From Bacillota bacterium (lineage in GTDB: Bacteria; Bacillota; Clostridia; Oscillospirales; Ruminococcaceae), in NCBI GenBank assembly GCA_023391005.1, contig JAEWBS010000112.1:2143-66142 (forward strand): 64,000 bases of DNA, in the 5' to 3' direction. Under the pieces are notes generated by a model. It was not told where the DNA came from and made no database searches. It saw nothing but the letters and a program-made list of their open reading frames with translations. A program made the position numbers and the translations under genes. Shown here in pieces: positions 1 to 8,750 of this stretch. Within the stretch, counting starts at the first letter, position 1. Every line of letters starts with the position of its first letter.

Positions 1-341
1 AGCTCGAACACCGACAGCCGCAACGCCGCCTCAACAGCGGGTGCTTTTTCAGCCACCGTCTCCTGCGCGGGCTCGAGCAGCGCCTGTTCGACAGCCAGCA
101 AAATATCCAGCACGGTGATCTGCTCGGGTGCGCGCGCCAGCTGATAGCCGCCCTGCGCGCCCTTGACCGAGAGCACCAGCGCCGACCGTTTTAAAAGCGA
201 AAAAACCTGTTCGAGATATATTTTAGATATGCCCAGCTTTTCTGAAATGCTCAGCAGCGTAATATATTCACCATTTGCGTGCTGCTGTGCCATATCGATG
301 ACCGCCGCCAACGCGTAACGGCCCTTTGCGGATATTCTCAT
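1..341 (-). CDS. cymR: Rrf2-family transcriptional regulator (CymR-like), truncated by window edge
   Basis: Hand translation from ATG at 341: MRISAKGRYALAAVIDMAQ...ISEKLGISKIYLEQVFSLLKRSALVLSVKGAQGGYQLARAPEQITVLDIL, the typical Rrf2 pattern. No Cys in the visible part; divergent from cysK. Not in the ORF track. Confidence 0.85.
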   Translation of the reverse strand, partial: MRISAKGRYALAAVIDMAQQHANGEYITLLSISEKLGISKIYLEQVFSLLKRSALVLSVKGAQGGYQLARAPEQITVLDILLAVEQALLEPAQETVAEKAPAVEAALRLSVFE

Positions 342-354
342 AGGGATCACCCTT

Positions 355-408
355 TTCATATAAAATCAGTATGTTTTAAATGATAGGAGAAAAAATGTGG
401 TTTGTCAA
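355..408 (-). promoter_or_regulatory. sigmaA promoter of the Rrf2 gene with candidate Rrf2 operator
   Basis: Minus strand TTGACA(403-408)-N17-TATCAT(380-385), followed by AACATAC-N7-ATATGAA (355-375). Confidence 0.6.
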
Positions 409-618
409 TACGATTTGATCGCCATTTTGATTTTATGCGGCAAACAGCCGTCCTAAAAGCGCTAAATACGGTATTATTCTTGCCCTCTTTAGCTGAAAAA
501 TAACTGTTCAAGGTATCATAACACCCTTTAAATAAGCACACAATGATGTTGGGTTTGACGCGATTGCCGATACCGAATTAAAGATATCGGATACAACTAA
601 AATATTTGATAAAAGGTA

Positions 619-671
619 TTGACATTTTAAAGCAACGCCGCTATTATAATAACATATAAAACATATATGAA
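619..671 (+). promoter_or_regulatory. sigmaA promoter of cysK with candidate Rrf2 operator
   Basis: TTGACA(619-624)-N17-TATTAT(642-647), then AACATAT-N7-ATATGAA (651-671), near-identical to the site at 355-375. Confidence 0.65.
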
Positions 672-693
672 TTAAATATATTTGGGAGGTAGT

Positions 694-1623
694 ATGATGA
701 TTTATAAAAATCTGACCGATCTTATCGGCAAGACCCCGCTGCTCGAGCTTGGCAATTATCAAAAGCAACATGATCTGAACGCCACCATCCTCGGCAAGCT
801 GGAATATTTTAATCCCGCCGGCAGCGTCAAGGACCGAATCGCGAAAGCAATGATCGACGACGCCGAGGCAAAGGGCCTTTTAAAGCCCGATTCGGTGATT
901 ATTGAGCCGACCAGCGGCAACACCGGCATCAGTCTGGCGTCGGTCGCCGCCGCGCGGGGCTACCGTATCATTCTCACCATGCCTGAGACGATGAGCATCG
1001 AGCGCCGCAAGCTGCTCAAGGCCTATGGCGCCGAGCTTGTATTGACCGAGGGCGCAAAGGGCATGTCCGGCGCCATTGCCAAGGCGCAAGAGCTGGCCCA
1101 GGAGACGCCTAATGCCTTCATCCCCGGTCAATTTGTCAACCCCCAAAACCCCGCTACGCACAGGGCGACCACCGGCCCCGAGATTTGGGCTGATACTGAA
1201 GGCAAGGTCGATATTTTTGTCGCGGGTATCGGTACCGGCGGCACCCTCACCGGCACCGGCGAATTCCTCAAAGCGCAGAACCCCAATATCAAGGTTGTCG
1301 TCGTCGAACCCGATGCTTCTCCGGTGCTATCGGGCGGCAAGGCGGGCCCGCACGGCATTCAAGGCATCGGCCCCGGCTTTGTGCCCGACGTGCTGAACAC
1401 CTCCATCTACGACGAGGTTATCCGCGTCAAGAACGAAGACGCTTTTGTCACCGGCAGAACGATCACCAAATCCGAGGGTCTGCTTGTAGGCATCTCTTCG
1501 GGTGCGGCGGTCTGGGCGGCCACCGAGCTTGCAAAGCGCCCCGAGAACGCGGGCAAGGTGATTGTGGCTATTCTGCCCGACACCGGCGAGCGCTATCTCT
1601 CGACAGCCCTCTTCGCGGAATAA
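694..1623 (+). CDS. cysK: cysteine synthase A
   Basis: NPAGSVKDR (PLP lysine), [34 protein letters not shown]. Confidence 0.96.
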   Translation: MMIYKNLTDLIGKTPLLELGNYQKQHDLNATILGKLEYFNPAGSVKDRIAKAMIDDAEAKGLLKPDSVIIEPTSGNTGISLASVAAARGYRIILTMPETMSIERRKLLKAYGAELVLTEGAKGMSGAIAKAQELAQETPNAFIPGQFVNPQNPATHRATTGPEIWADTEGKVDIFVAGIGTGGTLTGTGEFLKAQNPNIKVVVVEPDASPVLSGGKAGPHGIQGIGPGFVPDVLNTSIYDEVIRVKNEDAFVTGRTITKSEGLLVGISSGAAVWAATELAKRPENAGKVIVAILPDTGERYLSTALFAE

Positions 1624-1643
1624 TCACAGGTTTAAATTGTAGA

Positions 1644-1680
1644 AAGGCCGAGCGCAATGCTGCGTTCGGCCTTTTTTATT
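1644..1680 (+). terminator. Rho-independent terminator
   Basis: aaggccgagcgca...tgcgttcggcctt stem followed by a T tract. Confidence 0.8.
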
Positions 1681-1743
1681 CTTTACTCCGCCTGCCGCAT
1701 CTGGCATAATAAAGTAAACAAATTATTAAAGACAAAAGAGGGC

Positions 1744-2268
1744 ATGACGACGATGGAAAGCTTTGCTCAACTGGCGCAAGAGCGCTATTCGGTCCGCAAA
1801 TTTGACAAAAAAACCGTGGCACCCGAGCTGCTGGAAAAGGTGCTGCATGCCGTTATGCTGGCCCCCACCGCTAAAAACTGCCAATCCCAGCGCATTTTCG
1901 TCGTTCAAAGCGCGGAGGCGCTCTTACGGCTGCGCAGCTGTACCCAATGTCACTTTGGCGCGCCGGTCATCATGATTCTGGCCTATGACGCGGCCAAGGC
2001 CTCGGTTCGCATCACCGACGGCAAAAACTGTGGCGAGCAGGATATTATGATCGCGGCGGATCACATGATGCTTCAGGCCGCCGACCTCGGCCTTGGGACA
2101 ACGTTTGTGGGGCTATATGATGAAAAGGCGCTGCGCGAGGCTTTTCCCCAGCTCGAGGGGCTTATTGTGGAAGGCTTGATGGTGCTCGGACACCCCGCCG
2201 AGGATGCGAAGCCCTCTAAGCTGCATTACGAAAGCCTTGCGACGGAACAGGTGATTGCCTTTTTATGA
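1744..2268 (+). CDS. nitroreductase family protein
   Basis: RYSVRKF, APTAKNCQ, MMLQAADLGLGT motifs; start moved to the ATG after the AGAGGG RBS. Confidence 0.88.
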   Translation: MTTMESFAQLAQERYSVRKFDKKTVAPELLEKVLHAVMLAPTAKNCQSQRIFVVQSAEALLRLRSCTQCHFGAPVIMILAYDAAKASVRITDGKNCGEQDIMIAADHMMLQAADLGLGTTFVGLYDEKALREAFPQLEGLIVEGLMVLGHPAEDAKPSKLHYESLATEQVIAFL

Positions 2269-2673
2269 GGTGCGGCTTGAGCAGGCTGAAAATGCGCGTT
2301 AAGCCTTAAAGTCACGGGTTAGAATCGTGCTGTTTTGTAAGAAAGCCTCAACGGTCTTAAAATCCAGCCGGTTCATGATTTCGACCACATAAGGGTTGTC
2401 CAAAGGGGTAGCATACAGCGCCTGCTGTGCATATTGATCGACGAGCGCCTTACCCATGTATGGAACAGGTGATTGCCTTTGTGTGAGGCGCGTCTTGGGC
2501 CGATGCAAAACGCACGTTAAACCTCAAAGTCGCGGGTCAGAATCGCGCTATTTTGTAAGAACGCCTCAACGGTCTTAAAATTAAGCCGGTTCATGATTTC
2601 AACCACATACGGGTTGTCCAAAGGAGTGGCATACAGCGCCTGCTGCGCGTACTGATCGACGAACACCCTACCC
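2244..2673. repeat. diverged tandem duplication, 218-bp period, of the convergent nitroreductase/hydrogenase gene-end junction
   Basis: 2244-2455 aligns without gaps to 2462-2673; both begin ggaacaggtgattgcc. Confidence 0.92.
2299..2455 (-). pseudogene. duplicated 3' fragment of the hydrogenase-like gene
   Basis: Encodes VDQYAQQALYATPLDNPYVVEIMNRLDFKTVEAFLQNSTILTRDFKA, matching the C-terminus of 2517..3740. Confidence 0.8.
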
Positions 2674-3740
2674 GTATCGGGATTGACGACGCGCTTGGGG
2701 CCGCCCACGCATCCGCCCATGCAGCCCATGCCCTCATAAAAATTACCCCTGATGTCGCCGTTTAAAACCGCCGTCAACAGCGCCTTGCATTCTTTGACGC
2801 CGTTTGCGTAGACGGGTTTGAGCGCCTGCCCAACCTGTAGCCGTTCGGCGGCCAGCGCAACGGCTTGGCTGACGCCGCCGGTTCGGGCGTACAGCCTGCC
2901 CACCGTCGAGGAATGCTCCTTAGTGATATCGCCGAGCCTTGAGAAATTGACCTGAAAGGCCTCAAAGAGATCTTTGAGCTCCTCAAAGGTCAAAACACAG
3001 TCAACGGCACCGGCAAGCCCCTTCTCTTTAGATTCCGCTTTTTTAGCAAGGCAAGGGCCGATAAAAATAGTTTTGCAGCCGGGATTGAGCTGCTTGACGA
3101 TTCTGCCCGCCGCGATCATCGGTGAAACGGCGGGCGGCAGATGGTCGACGATATCGGCATAATGCCGCTTGATCATCGAGATCCAGACGGGGCAGCAACA
3201 GCTTGTCAACTGAAACTTCTTATTGTTTTCACTGTTCTTTTTAAATTCCAGCGCTTCTTTCAGCGTTAGAATATCGGCGAAGGTCGCCACCTCGACCATG
3301 CCCGCAAAGCCAATCTGCTTTAGGGCCGCTCTGATTTTTGGCGGCGTGGCCTCTTCGCCGAACTGCCCGACAAAGGCGGGGGCCACCAGCGCGTAGACCT
3401 TTTCGTCGGATTCCTTTAAGATTTCAATGGCCTTAATGATATCGCGGCTTTGCTCAAGCTTATGCGCCTCGCAGGCCTCAACACAGGCATTGCAGCCGGT
3501 GCATTTTTCGGCGTCAAAATGCAGGACGCCGTCCTTTATTTCAGCCGCGTCAAAGAGGCAGGCCGCGATACAAGCGCGGTCGGTGCAGTCGCAGGCGTCA
3601 ACCTTCCATACCAAAGGGTGCTCGTCGGGATGAAGCAGGCAGTCCATCTGATGCTTGTCGTAGTGCAGCCCCGTCCAATCCTCCGACCTGTTTTGCGCTT
3701 TATCATAGGTCAGCTTTTTATATAATTCTTCAAACGTCAT
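2517..3740 (-). CDS. monomeric [FeFe]-hydrogenase-like protein with N-terminal ferredoxin domain
   Basis: H-cluster-type motifs TSCCCP, GPCLAKKAE, EGMGCMGGCVGGP; ferredoxin CTGCNACVEAC. Confidence 0.88.
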   Translation of the reverse strand: MTFEELYKKLTYDKAQNRSEDWTGLHYDKHQMDCLLHPDEHPLVWKVDACDCTDRACIAACLFDAAEIKDGVLHFDAEKCTGCNACVEACEAHKLEQSRDIIKAIEILKESDEKVYALVAPAFVGQFGEEATPPKIRAALKQIGFAGMVEVATFADILTLKEALEFKKNSENNKKFQLTSCCCPVWISMIKRHYADIVDHLPPAVSPMIAAGRIVKQLNPGCKTIFIGPCLAKKAESKEKGLAGAVDCVLTFEELKDLFEAFQVNFSRLGDITKEHSSTVGRLYARTGGVSQAVALAAERLQVGQALKPVYANGVKECKALLTAVLNGDIRGNFYEGMGCMGGCVGGPKRVVNPDTGRVFVDQYAQQALYATPLDNPYVVEIMNRLNFKTVEAFLQNSAILTRDFEV

Positions 3741-3869
3741 CGTCTTTCCTCGGGTTTCTGGTTTTTAGTAAGCGTGATAATAGATAGTCTTTCCAGCCGT
3801 GCCCGCAAAATTTAACGTTTTGCGCCCAAAAAATCAGCGGCGGTTCCAAATCGTCGGAAAAGTTATAAT

Positions 3870-4238
3870 TTTTGGCAGCCATACTTAAACAGCAAAAGTT
3901 GTTTTGCGCTGACGCGCAGGAACGGCCCCCAACCCTCTGGCCCCCGCAGGGGACCGAGGGGGAACGGCGGAGCCGCAGCGGGCATACATGCCGCCCGCTG
4001 CGACCAGCGCAGCCGTTCGACCGCGAGCGCGCATATATGCGAGTGGTCACACCCCCACCCCCCTGAGGGGGCTTGAAGAATACGGTTGTGGTGAATGTGT
4101 GCCCCACGTGAGCACGTTATCGGCCCACCCAACGTCTGTGGGCGCGCATCCAGACTTGTTACGTGATTATGCGCGCCGATTAAGTTGGCTTGGCCTCTGG
4201 GGCACGGCGGCGCTTCCATCGCGCCGCCGTGCGGGTAA
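3870..4238. repeat. ~370-nt structured intergenic repeat, copy A (candidate ncRNA or MITE-like element)
   Basis: Colinear with 8325-8694; multiple hairpins; flanked by an imperfect inverted repeat gtcggaaaagttata(3853-3867)/tataactttctcgac(4241-4255). Confidence 0.85.
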
Positions 4239-4261
4239 CGTATAACTTTCTCGACAGATTG

Positions 4262-4292
4262 CAACGGCGCGCGGCCATGCCGCGCGCCGTTG
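4262..4292 (-). terminator. GC-rich hairpin after the aldolase gene
   Basis: caacggcgcgcggc-cat-gccgcgcgccgttg perfect stem. Confidence 0.6.
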
Positions 4293-4296
4293 ATTT

Positions 4297-5073
4297 TTAT
4301 AACCCCTTGACCGACAAAACAATGCTTTTAACAGCATCCCGCAAGATCAGCGCGTCCATACCGCAACAAACGGCGTCGTAGCCCTGCGCGTATCGCTTTG
4401 CGACGTCTTCCAACCCGCCCGCATAGATAAACGACAGCTTGCCGGATTCTTTGCAGGCCGCCACAATCCGCTCAATCGCCCCCGATACCGCCGGGTCGTT
4501 AAACTGTCCGGGCTTGCCCAGCGCGGCGGACAAATCGTACGGGCCGACAAAAATGCCGTCGACGCCCCCGATGGCGACAATTTCTTCAATGCTTTCAAGG
4601 CATTCGCGCGTTTCGCACTGGGGAATCAGCAGCGTTTCGCTGTTGCTGACCGCAAAATAGTGCTCAAGCCCCTGCGCGGCATAATCCGCCGACCAGAATT
4701 TGCTGCCGCTGGTCGGGGCGATGCCACGATTACCGAGCGGAAAGTATTTGCCGTACTCGACAATGCGCCGAACCTCGGCCACGCTCTGGACGTTTGGAAT
4801 AATCAAGCCCATCGCGCCGACATCCAGCATTTTAAGAATGGAGTTGCGTTCGCTGTCCTTGGCGCGCACCATCGGAACAAGCTGCGCGCCGTTGGCCGCC
4901 CGAATCAGCTCCTGTATGCGTTCGGCCTCAAACGGGCCGTGTTCGGCATCGAGAACGACAAGGTCCAGCCCGCCATAGCCCAGCATCTCAACCGCCGTCG
5001 CGCTGCCGAGCTCATGAAACATCCCTAAAACCCGTTGCCCCGCGAGAATCTTCTGTTTAACCGCATTTTTCAT
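4297..5073 (-). CDS. HpcH/HpaI aldolase family protein
   Basis: LDAEHGP, PLGNRG, QCET, FVGPYDLS motifs. Confidence 0.92.
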   Translation of the reverse strand: MKNAVKQKILAGQRVLGMFHELGSATAVEMLGYGGLDLVVLDAEHGPFEAERIQELIRAANGAQLVPMVRAKDSERNSILKMLDVGAMGLIIPNVQSVAEVRRIVEYGKYFPLGNRGIAPTSGSKFWSADYAAQGLEHYFAVSNSETLLIPQCETRECLESIEEIVAIGGVDGIFVGPYDLSAALGKPGQFNDPAVSGAIERIVAACKESGKLSFIYAGGLEDVAKRYAQGYDAVCCGMDALILRDAVKSIVLSVKGL

Positions 5074-5140
5074 GGTCTTTTTCCACCTTTCGCTCCGTTG
5101 ATTACAAATTTACAACTACTAAAAATGTGATAAACAGACG

Positions 5141-6649
5141 CTATTCGCCCCTTGCGGCGAAAATATCCTGTTGAATTTGGCGGCGCGTGTTATCGAACAT
5201 CAGCGCCTTGTTGTGGCGGAAATAGGCGTCGCAGCCAAAATGCTCGACAAACCATGAGGTGTCAAAGCCTGCGGTGATTTCGGTGACGAACAGCACAAGC
5301 TCCTGACTTTCGCCAAAGGCCTGCTCAAGGTAGCGAAAGGCGTTGTCAAAATGCCTACCCGCCGTTTCCGCAGCGGTAGCGCGGGCCTGCACCTGCGCCT
5401 CAAACCAGCCCCGCACCGCGTCGAGCGCGTCGGCGTCGCCGATGCCTTCTTCTGCCAGCCGCTCGCGGTAGCGGTTGAGGCACTCGACCTCCCGCTGGGT
5501 CAGGCTGCGGACCTCTTTGTCAAGCTGCCCCGCCTCGGCCGCGCGGGACAACTCCGTAAGGTGACGCTGGGCCAAGGTCTCCAGAATCTTGGCGGCGGCC
5601 TCCCCGGCTGCAAGCCGCGCTTTAAAATCGAGCAGATCGTCATAAAGCGCCTCAGTCAACGCGTCCTGCGCTCGGGTTTGTCCGGCCGATTCCGACAACC
5701 GCGCGAGCAACAGCCCCATGACCGCCAATTTTTCGTCAAAGGGTGCGGCCCGCAGCTCCGACGCGGTGACAGCGTGCCATTGGCCCTCTATAATCTCATT
5801 GACATGATAGGTTTTCTGATATTTATAATACAACGCCAGATAGGCGGTAAAGTCGCGGGCGATGCGCGGCAGTTGAATATATTGCCCGACGACCTCGCGG
5901 CCCAGCTCCAGTCCAAGCTGTTCGTAGACCTGCAACAGCTCGCTGAGATCCTCCCAGCCGCGCGCCGTAGCGAATTCCATGCCATCGACGCCCGTTTCAA
6001 TGCGGTAGAAATGCTCCTTTTTAATCTCGAGATATGAGATGATTGCGCCGTGCAGGTTTTTGCGGTAGGCGTATTCCTTCCAGACCGCGAAATCCTCGCG
6101 GATGTCGATGCGCTTGACACGGTCGAGCGTCACGACGTCAAAGTCACGCACCGATTTGTTATATTCGGGCGGGTTGCCCGCGGCGACAATCAGCCAGCCC
6201 TCGGGCAGGCGCTGGTTACCAAAGGTCTTGTTCTGCAAAAACTGAAGCATCATTGGGGCAAGCGTCTCAGAGACGCAGTTGATCTCGTCGAGAAACAAAA
6301 TGCCCTCACGGATCTCGGTGTTCTCCATCAGCGTGTAGACCGAGGCGAGAATCTCGCTCATCGTATATTCGGTGACGGCATATTCCCTGCCGCCGTAGCT
6401 GCGCTTTTCGATAAAGGGCAGACCGATCGCGCTCTGGCGCGTGTGGTGGGTAATGGTGTAGGAAACCAGCCCCACGCCGGTTTCGGCGGCGATCTGCGCC
6501 ATGATCTGGGTCTTGCCGATGCCCGGAGGGCCCATGAGCAGCACGGGCCGCTGGCGGTTGACGGGGATGAGGTAGTTGCCCTGCCCGTCCTTGGCCAGAT
6601 AGGCCCGCAGCGTGTTGGCAATCTCCTGCTTCGCTTCTTTGATGTTCAT
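5141..6649 (-). CDS. MoxR-like AAA+ ATPase with helical C-terminal extension
   Basis: Walker A GPPGIGKT, Walker B ILFLDEIN, AAGNPP sensor. Confidence 0.88.
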   Translation of the reverse strand: MNIKEAKQEIANTLRAYLAKDGQGNYLIPVNRQRPVLLMGPPGIGKTQIMAQIAAETGVGLVSYTITHHTRQSAIGLPFIEKRSYGGREYAVTEYTMSEILASVYTLMENTEIREGILFLDEINCVSETLAPMMLQFLQNKTFGNQRLPEGWLIVAAGNPPEYNKSVRDFDVVTLDRVKRIDIREDFAVWKEYAYRKNLHGAIISYLEIKKEHFYRIETGVDGMEFATARGWEDLSELLQVYEQLGLELGREVVGQYIQLPRIARDFTAYLALYYKYQKTYHVNEIIEGQWHAVTASELRAAPFDEKLAVMGLLLARLSESAGQTRAQDALTEALYDDLLDFKARLAAGEAAAKILETLAQRHLTELSRAAEAGQLDKEVRSLTQREVECLNRYRERLAEEGIGDADALDAVRGWFEAQVQARATAAETAGRHFDNAFRYLEQAFGESQELVLFVTEITAGFDTSWFVEHFGCDAYFRHNKALMFDNTRRQIQQDIFAARGE

Positions 6650-6843
6650 GGTATTCCTCCGCTTGTTGCTTAAAAATAGCCTATACAGCCCAGCAGTTTG
6701 AAAATCGGCTTGTCCTTGCGGTCTGTTGCGCCTTGCCCGCCGTTGTGCGCCATCCTTAGCCGGATGTCAACCTGCGCACGTCCCCTGCCTTGCCGGATAC
6801 AAAATATCCTCGCCCGCTCCTCACCGATTTTCAGGCTGCCGGA

Positions 6844-8220
6844 CTACAAATACGGCAGCTCCGACCAGTCGGGGCCCTCGTCCTCAAACGGCGCGGGCCG
6901 GGCGGCCTGCGCCAGCTCCGATTCGGTCAGCGACAGACGTATGGCCCACGGCGGCACCGCAACCGAAATCGGCGGCGGCTCAAGCATGATGAACGCCGTC
7001 TCATAGGGCGGGCGCTTTTTCGGGTAGATGCCCATGCCGTCGGTAAAATAGATCAGCCCCCGCAGTCCGTGCAACGCGCCGGCCGCACGCAGCTGCTCGA
7101 CGTGCTCAAAAACGGGGCGAAAGTCGGTCGCGCTGCCGCCTGAGAGCTTAAAATTCTCCATATATGTCTCAAGCGCGCGCAGGTCTTGGATGACGGTATC
7201 GCTGCGCACCTGATCGTCACACTGGATGATCCGGATGTTCACCTTGGAAGAAAAGGTCTCGGTGCTGCGCAAAATCGAATAGGTCGAGGCCAAAAATGCT
7301 CGAACCAGCTCGCCCGAGGTCGAAAGAGAGGTGTCGACGGCGATGACAAAATCCTGAATGCGCTTTTCCTCGCGGGTTTCAGGCGGCTCGATGAGCGGCA
7401 TATTGCCATAAAGTCGCAGCCCGTAGCTGTAAAAGCCATAGTCAAAGGCGTCGCCGTCCACACCGATGACCTCGCGCGGCACCGCAAACCGCCGCAGAAA
7501 GCTACGGTAATCAACGCCCTCGCGGTTGGCGACCTTAATCTGTTCATAGACCGCCTCGCCGCCAGTCGCCTGCCCCGCCATGACCGTTTCAAGGCTGGTC
7601 TGCGTGCGCTCGGACAGGTTGCCCCATTGCCGGTCCTGACGATCGCTCTGTTCCTTTTGATCGCGGTTCTCCGGAGCCCACAGCCCGTGATCATCCTCAA
7701 AAAATTCCCGCCGCAGCGCGGCGAGCTCATAGTCAGGCAACTGGCGGCGCAGCAGCTCGTAATAGATGCCCTCGGCGGTCAACACCCGCATACGGATTTG
7801 CAAATCGGCGTAAAGTCCGCGGCGCATCGGCGCGCCAAGCCCTTTGAGACAGGCGTAATCGACCGATAGCGCGTCAAGAATGCTCTCAACCGCGATGTCG
7901 CAGGATAAATCCCACAGCTCAACCTCTTTGCCGTGTTTTTTGGCCAGATGCCGCAGCATGCAGTGCAGCACCACATGCAGATAGGTGCGGTTGAGCCCCG
8001 TGAGGGTGCGCAAATAGCGTTCGGACAGATAGGCGCTGTTATAATAGAGCTGCTCGCCGTTGGTGGCCAGCGTCGGCGTCATCTGCTCGTCCGGCAAAAA
8101 TTCAAGCGCACACAGCGCCATATCGAGATAAGGCAGGTTCAGATACAATTCGCTCTGCGCCGCCCGCAGAATCGTCAGACCGACTTCGGCCAGCGTCTTC
8201 TTGTCCGACATCCGTTCCAC
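6844..8220 (-). CDS. DUF2201-type metallopeptidase-like + vWA domain protein
   Basis: TLATNG..LYYN, HVVLH (degenerate HExxH), MIDAS VDTSLS, GGSATDFRPVF, IYFTDG. Confidence 0.85.
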   Translation of the reverse strand: MERMSDKKTLAEVGLTILRAAQSELYLNLPYLDMALCALEFLPDEQMTPTLATNGEQLYYNSAYLSERYLRTLTGLNRTYLHVVLHCMLRHLAKKHGKEVELWDLSCDIAVESILDALSVDYACLKGLGAPMRRGLYADLQIRMRVLTAEGIYYELLRRQLPDYELAALRREFFEDDHGLWAPENRDQKEQSDRQDRQWGNLSERTQTSLETVMAGQATGGEAVYEQIKVANREGVDYRSFLRRFAVPREVIGVDGDAFDYGFYSYGLRLYGNMPLIEPPETREEKRIQDFVIAVDTSLSTSGELVRAFLASTYSILRSTETFSSKVNIRIIQCDDQVRSDTVIQDLRALETYMENFKLSGGSATDFRPVFEHVEQLRAAGALHGLRGLIYFTDGMGIYPKKRPPYETAFIMLEPPPISVAVPPWAIRLSLTESELAQAARPAPFEDEGPDWSELPYL

Positions 8221-8324
8221 CCTCTTTCTTTATGTACCTTAAAATAGCGTCGACTGCTTTGCCACAGCCCTTGAGCGATATTAGACCTTTTTATTCGTTT
8301 ATTGCTCGTCCCTATTTTATACGC

Positions 8325-8694
8325 TTTTGGCAGCCATACTAAAATGTCAGAAAGTGCTTTGCGCTGGCGTGCAGGAACGGCCCCCACCCCCAACCCCCTA
8401 CCCCGCCGGGCAGGGGAACGGCGGAACCACAGCGGGCATCCATGCCGCCCGCTGCGATCAGCGAAGCCGTTCGACCGCGAGCGCGCTTATAGGCAAGCGG
8501 ACAGAACCCCCAAACCCCCTGAGGGGGTTTTAAAATACGGTTGTGGTGATTGTATGTCCTACGTGAGCACGTGACCTTCCCACCCTTGCGTCAGTGAGCG
8601 CGCATCCAGACTTGTTACGTGATTATGCGCGCCAATTAAGTTGTCTGGCCTCTTGGGGCACGGCGGCGCTTCCATCGCGCCGTCGTGCGGGTAA
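8325..8694. repeat. ~370-nt structured intergenic repeat, copy B
   Basis: Shares ttttggcagccatact, gccgttcgaccgcgagcgcgc, gcgcgcatccagacttgttacgtgattatgcgcgcc and ggggcacggcggcgcttccatcgcgccg with copy A. Confidence 0.85.
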
Positions 8695-8750
8695 GCCGTG
8701 TTATATCGACAGCCCTAGCGTACACGCGGCATTAGCGCCACGCCCTAGCG

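Noticed and set aside
2244..2673. Diversity-generating retroelement TR/VR pair at a gene 3' end
   Set aside because: Mismatches are not adenine-specific, are mostly synonymous, and no reverse transcriptase is present.
3730..4381. ORFs overlapping repeat copy A (and 8302-8574, 8594-9106 over copy B)
   Set aside because: Frames are not maintained between copies, there is no RBS, and composition is low-complexity Pro/Arg; they are by-products of the GC-rich repeat.
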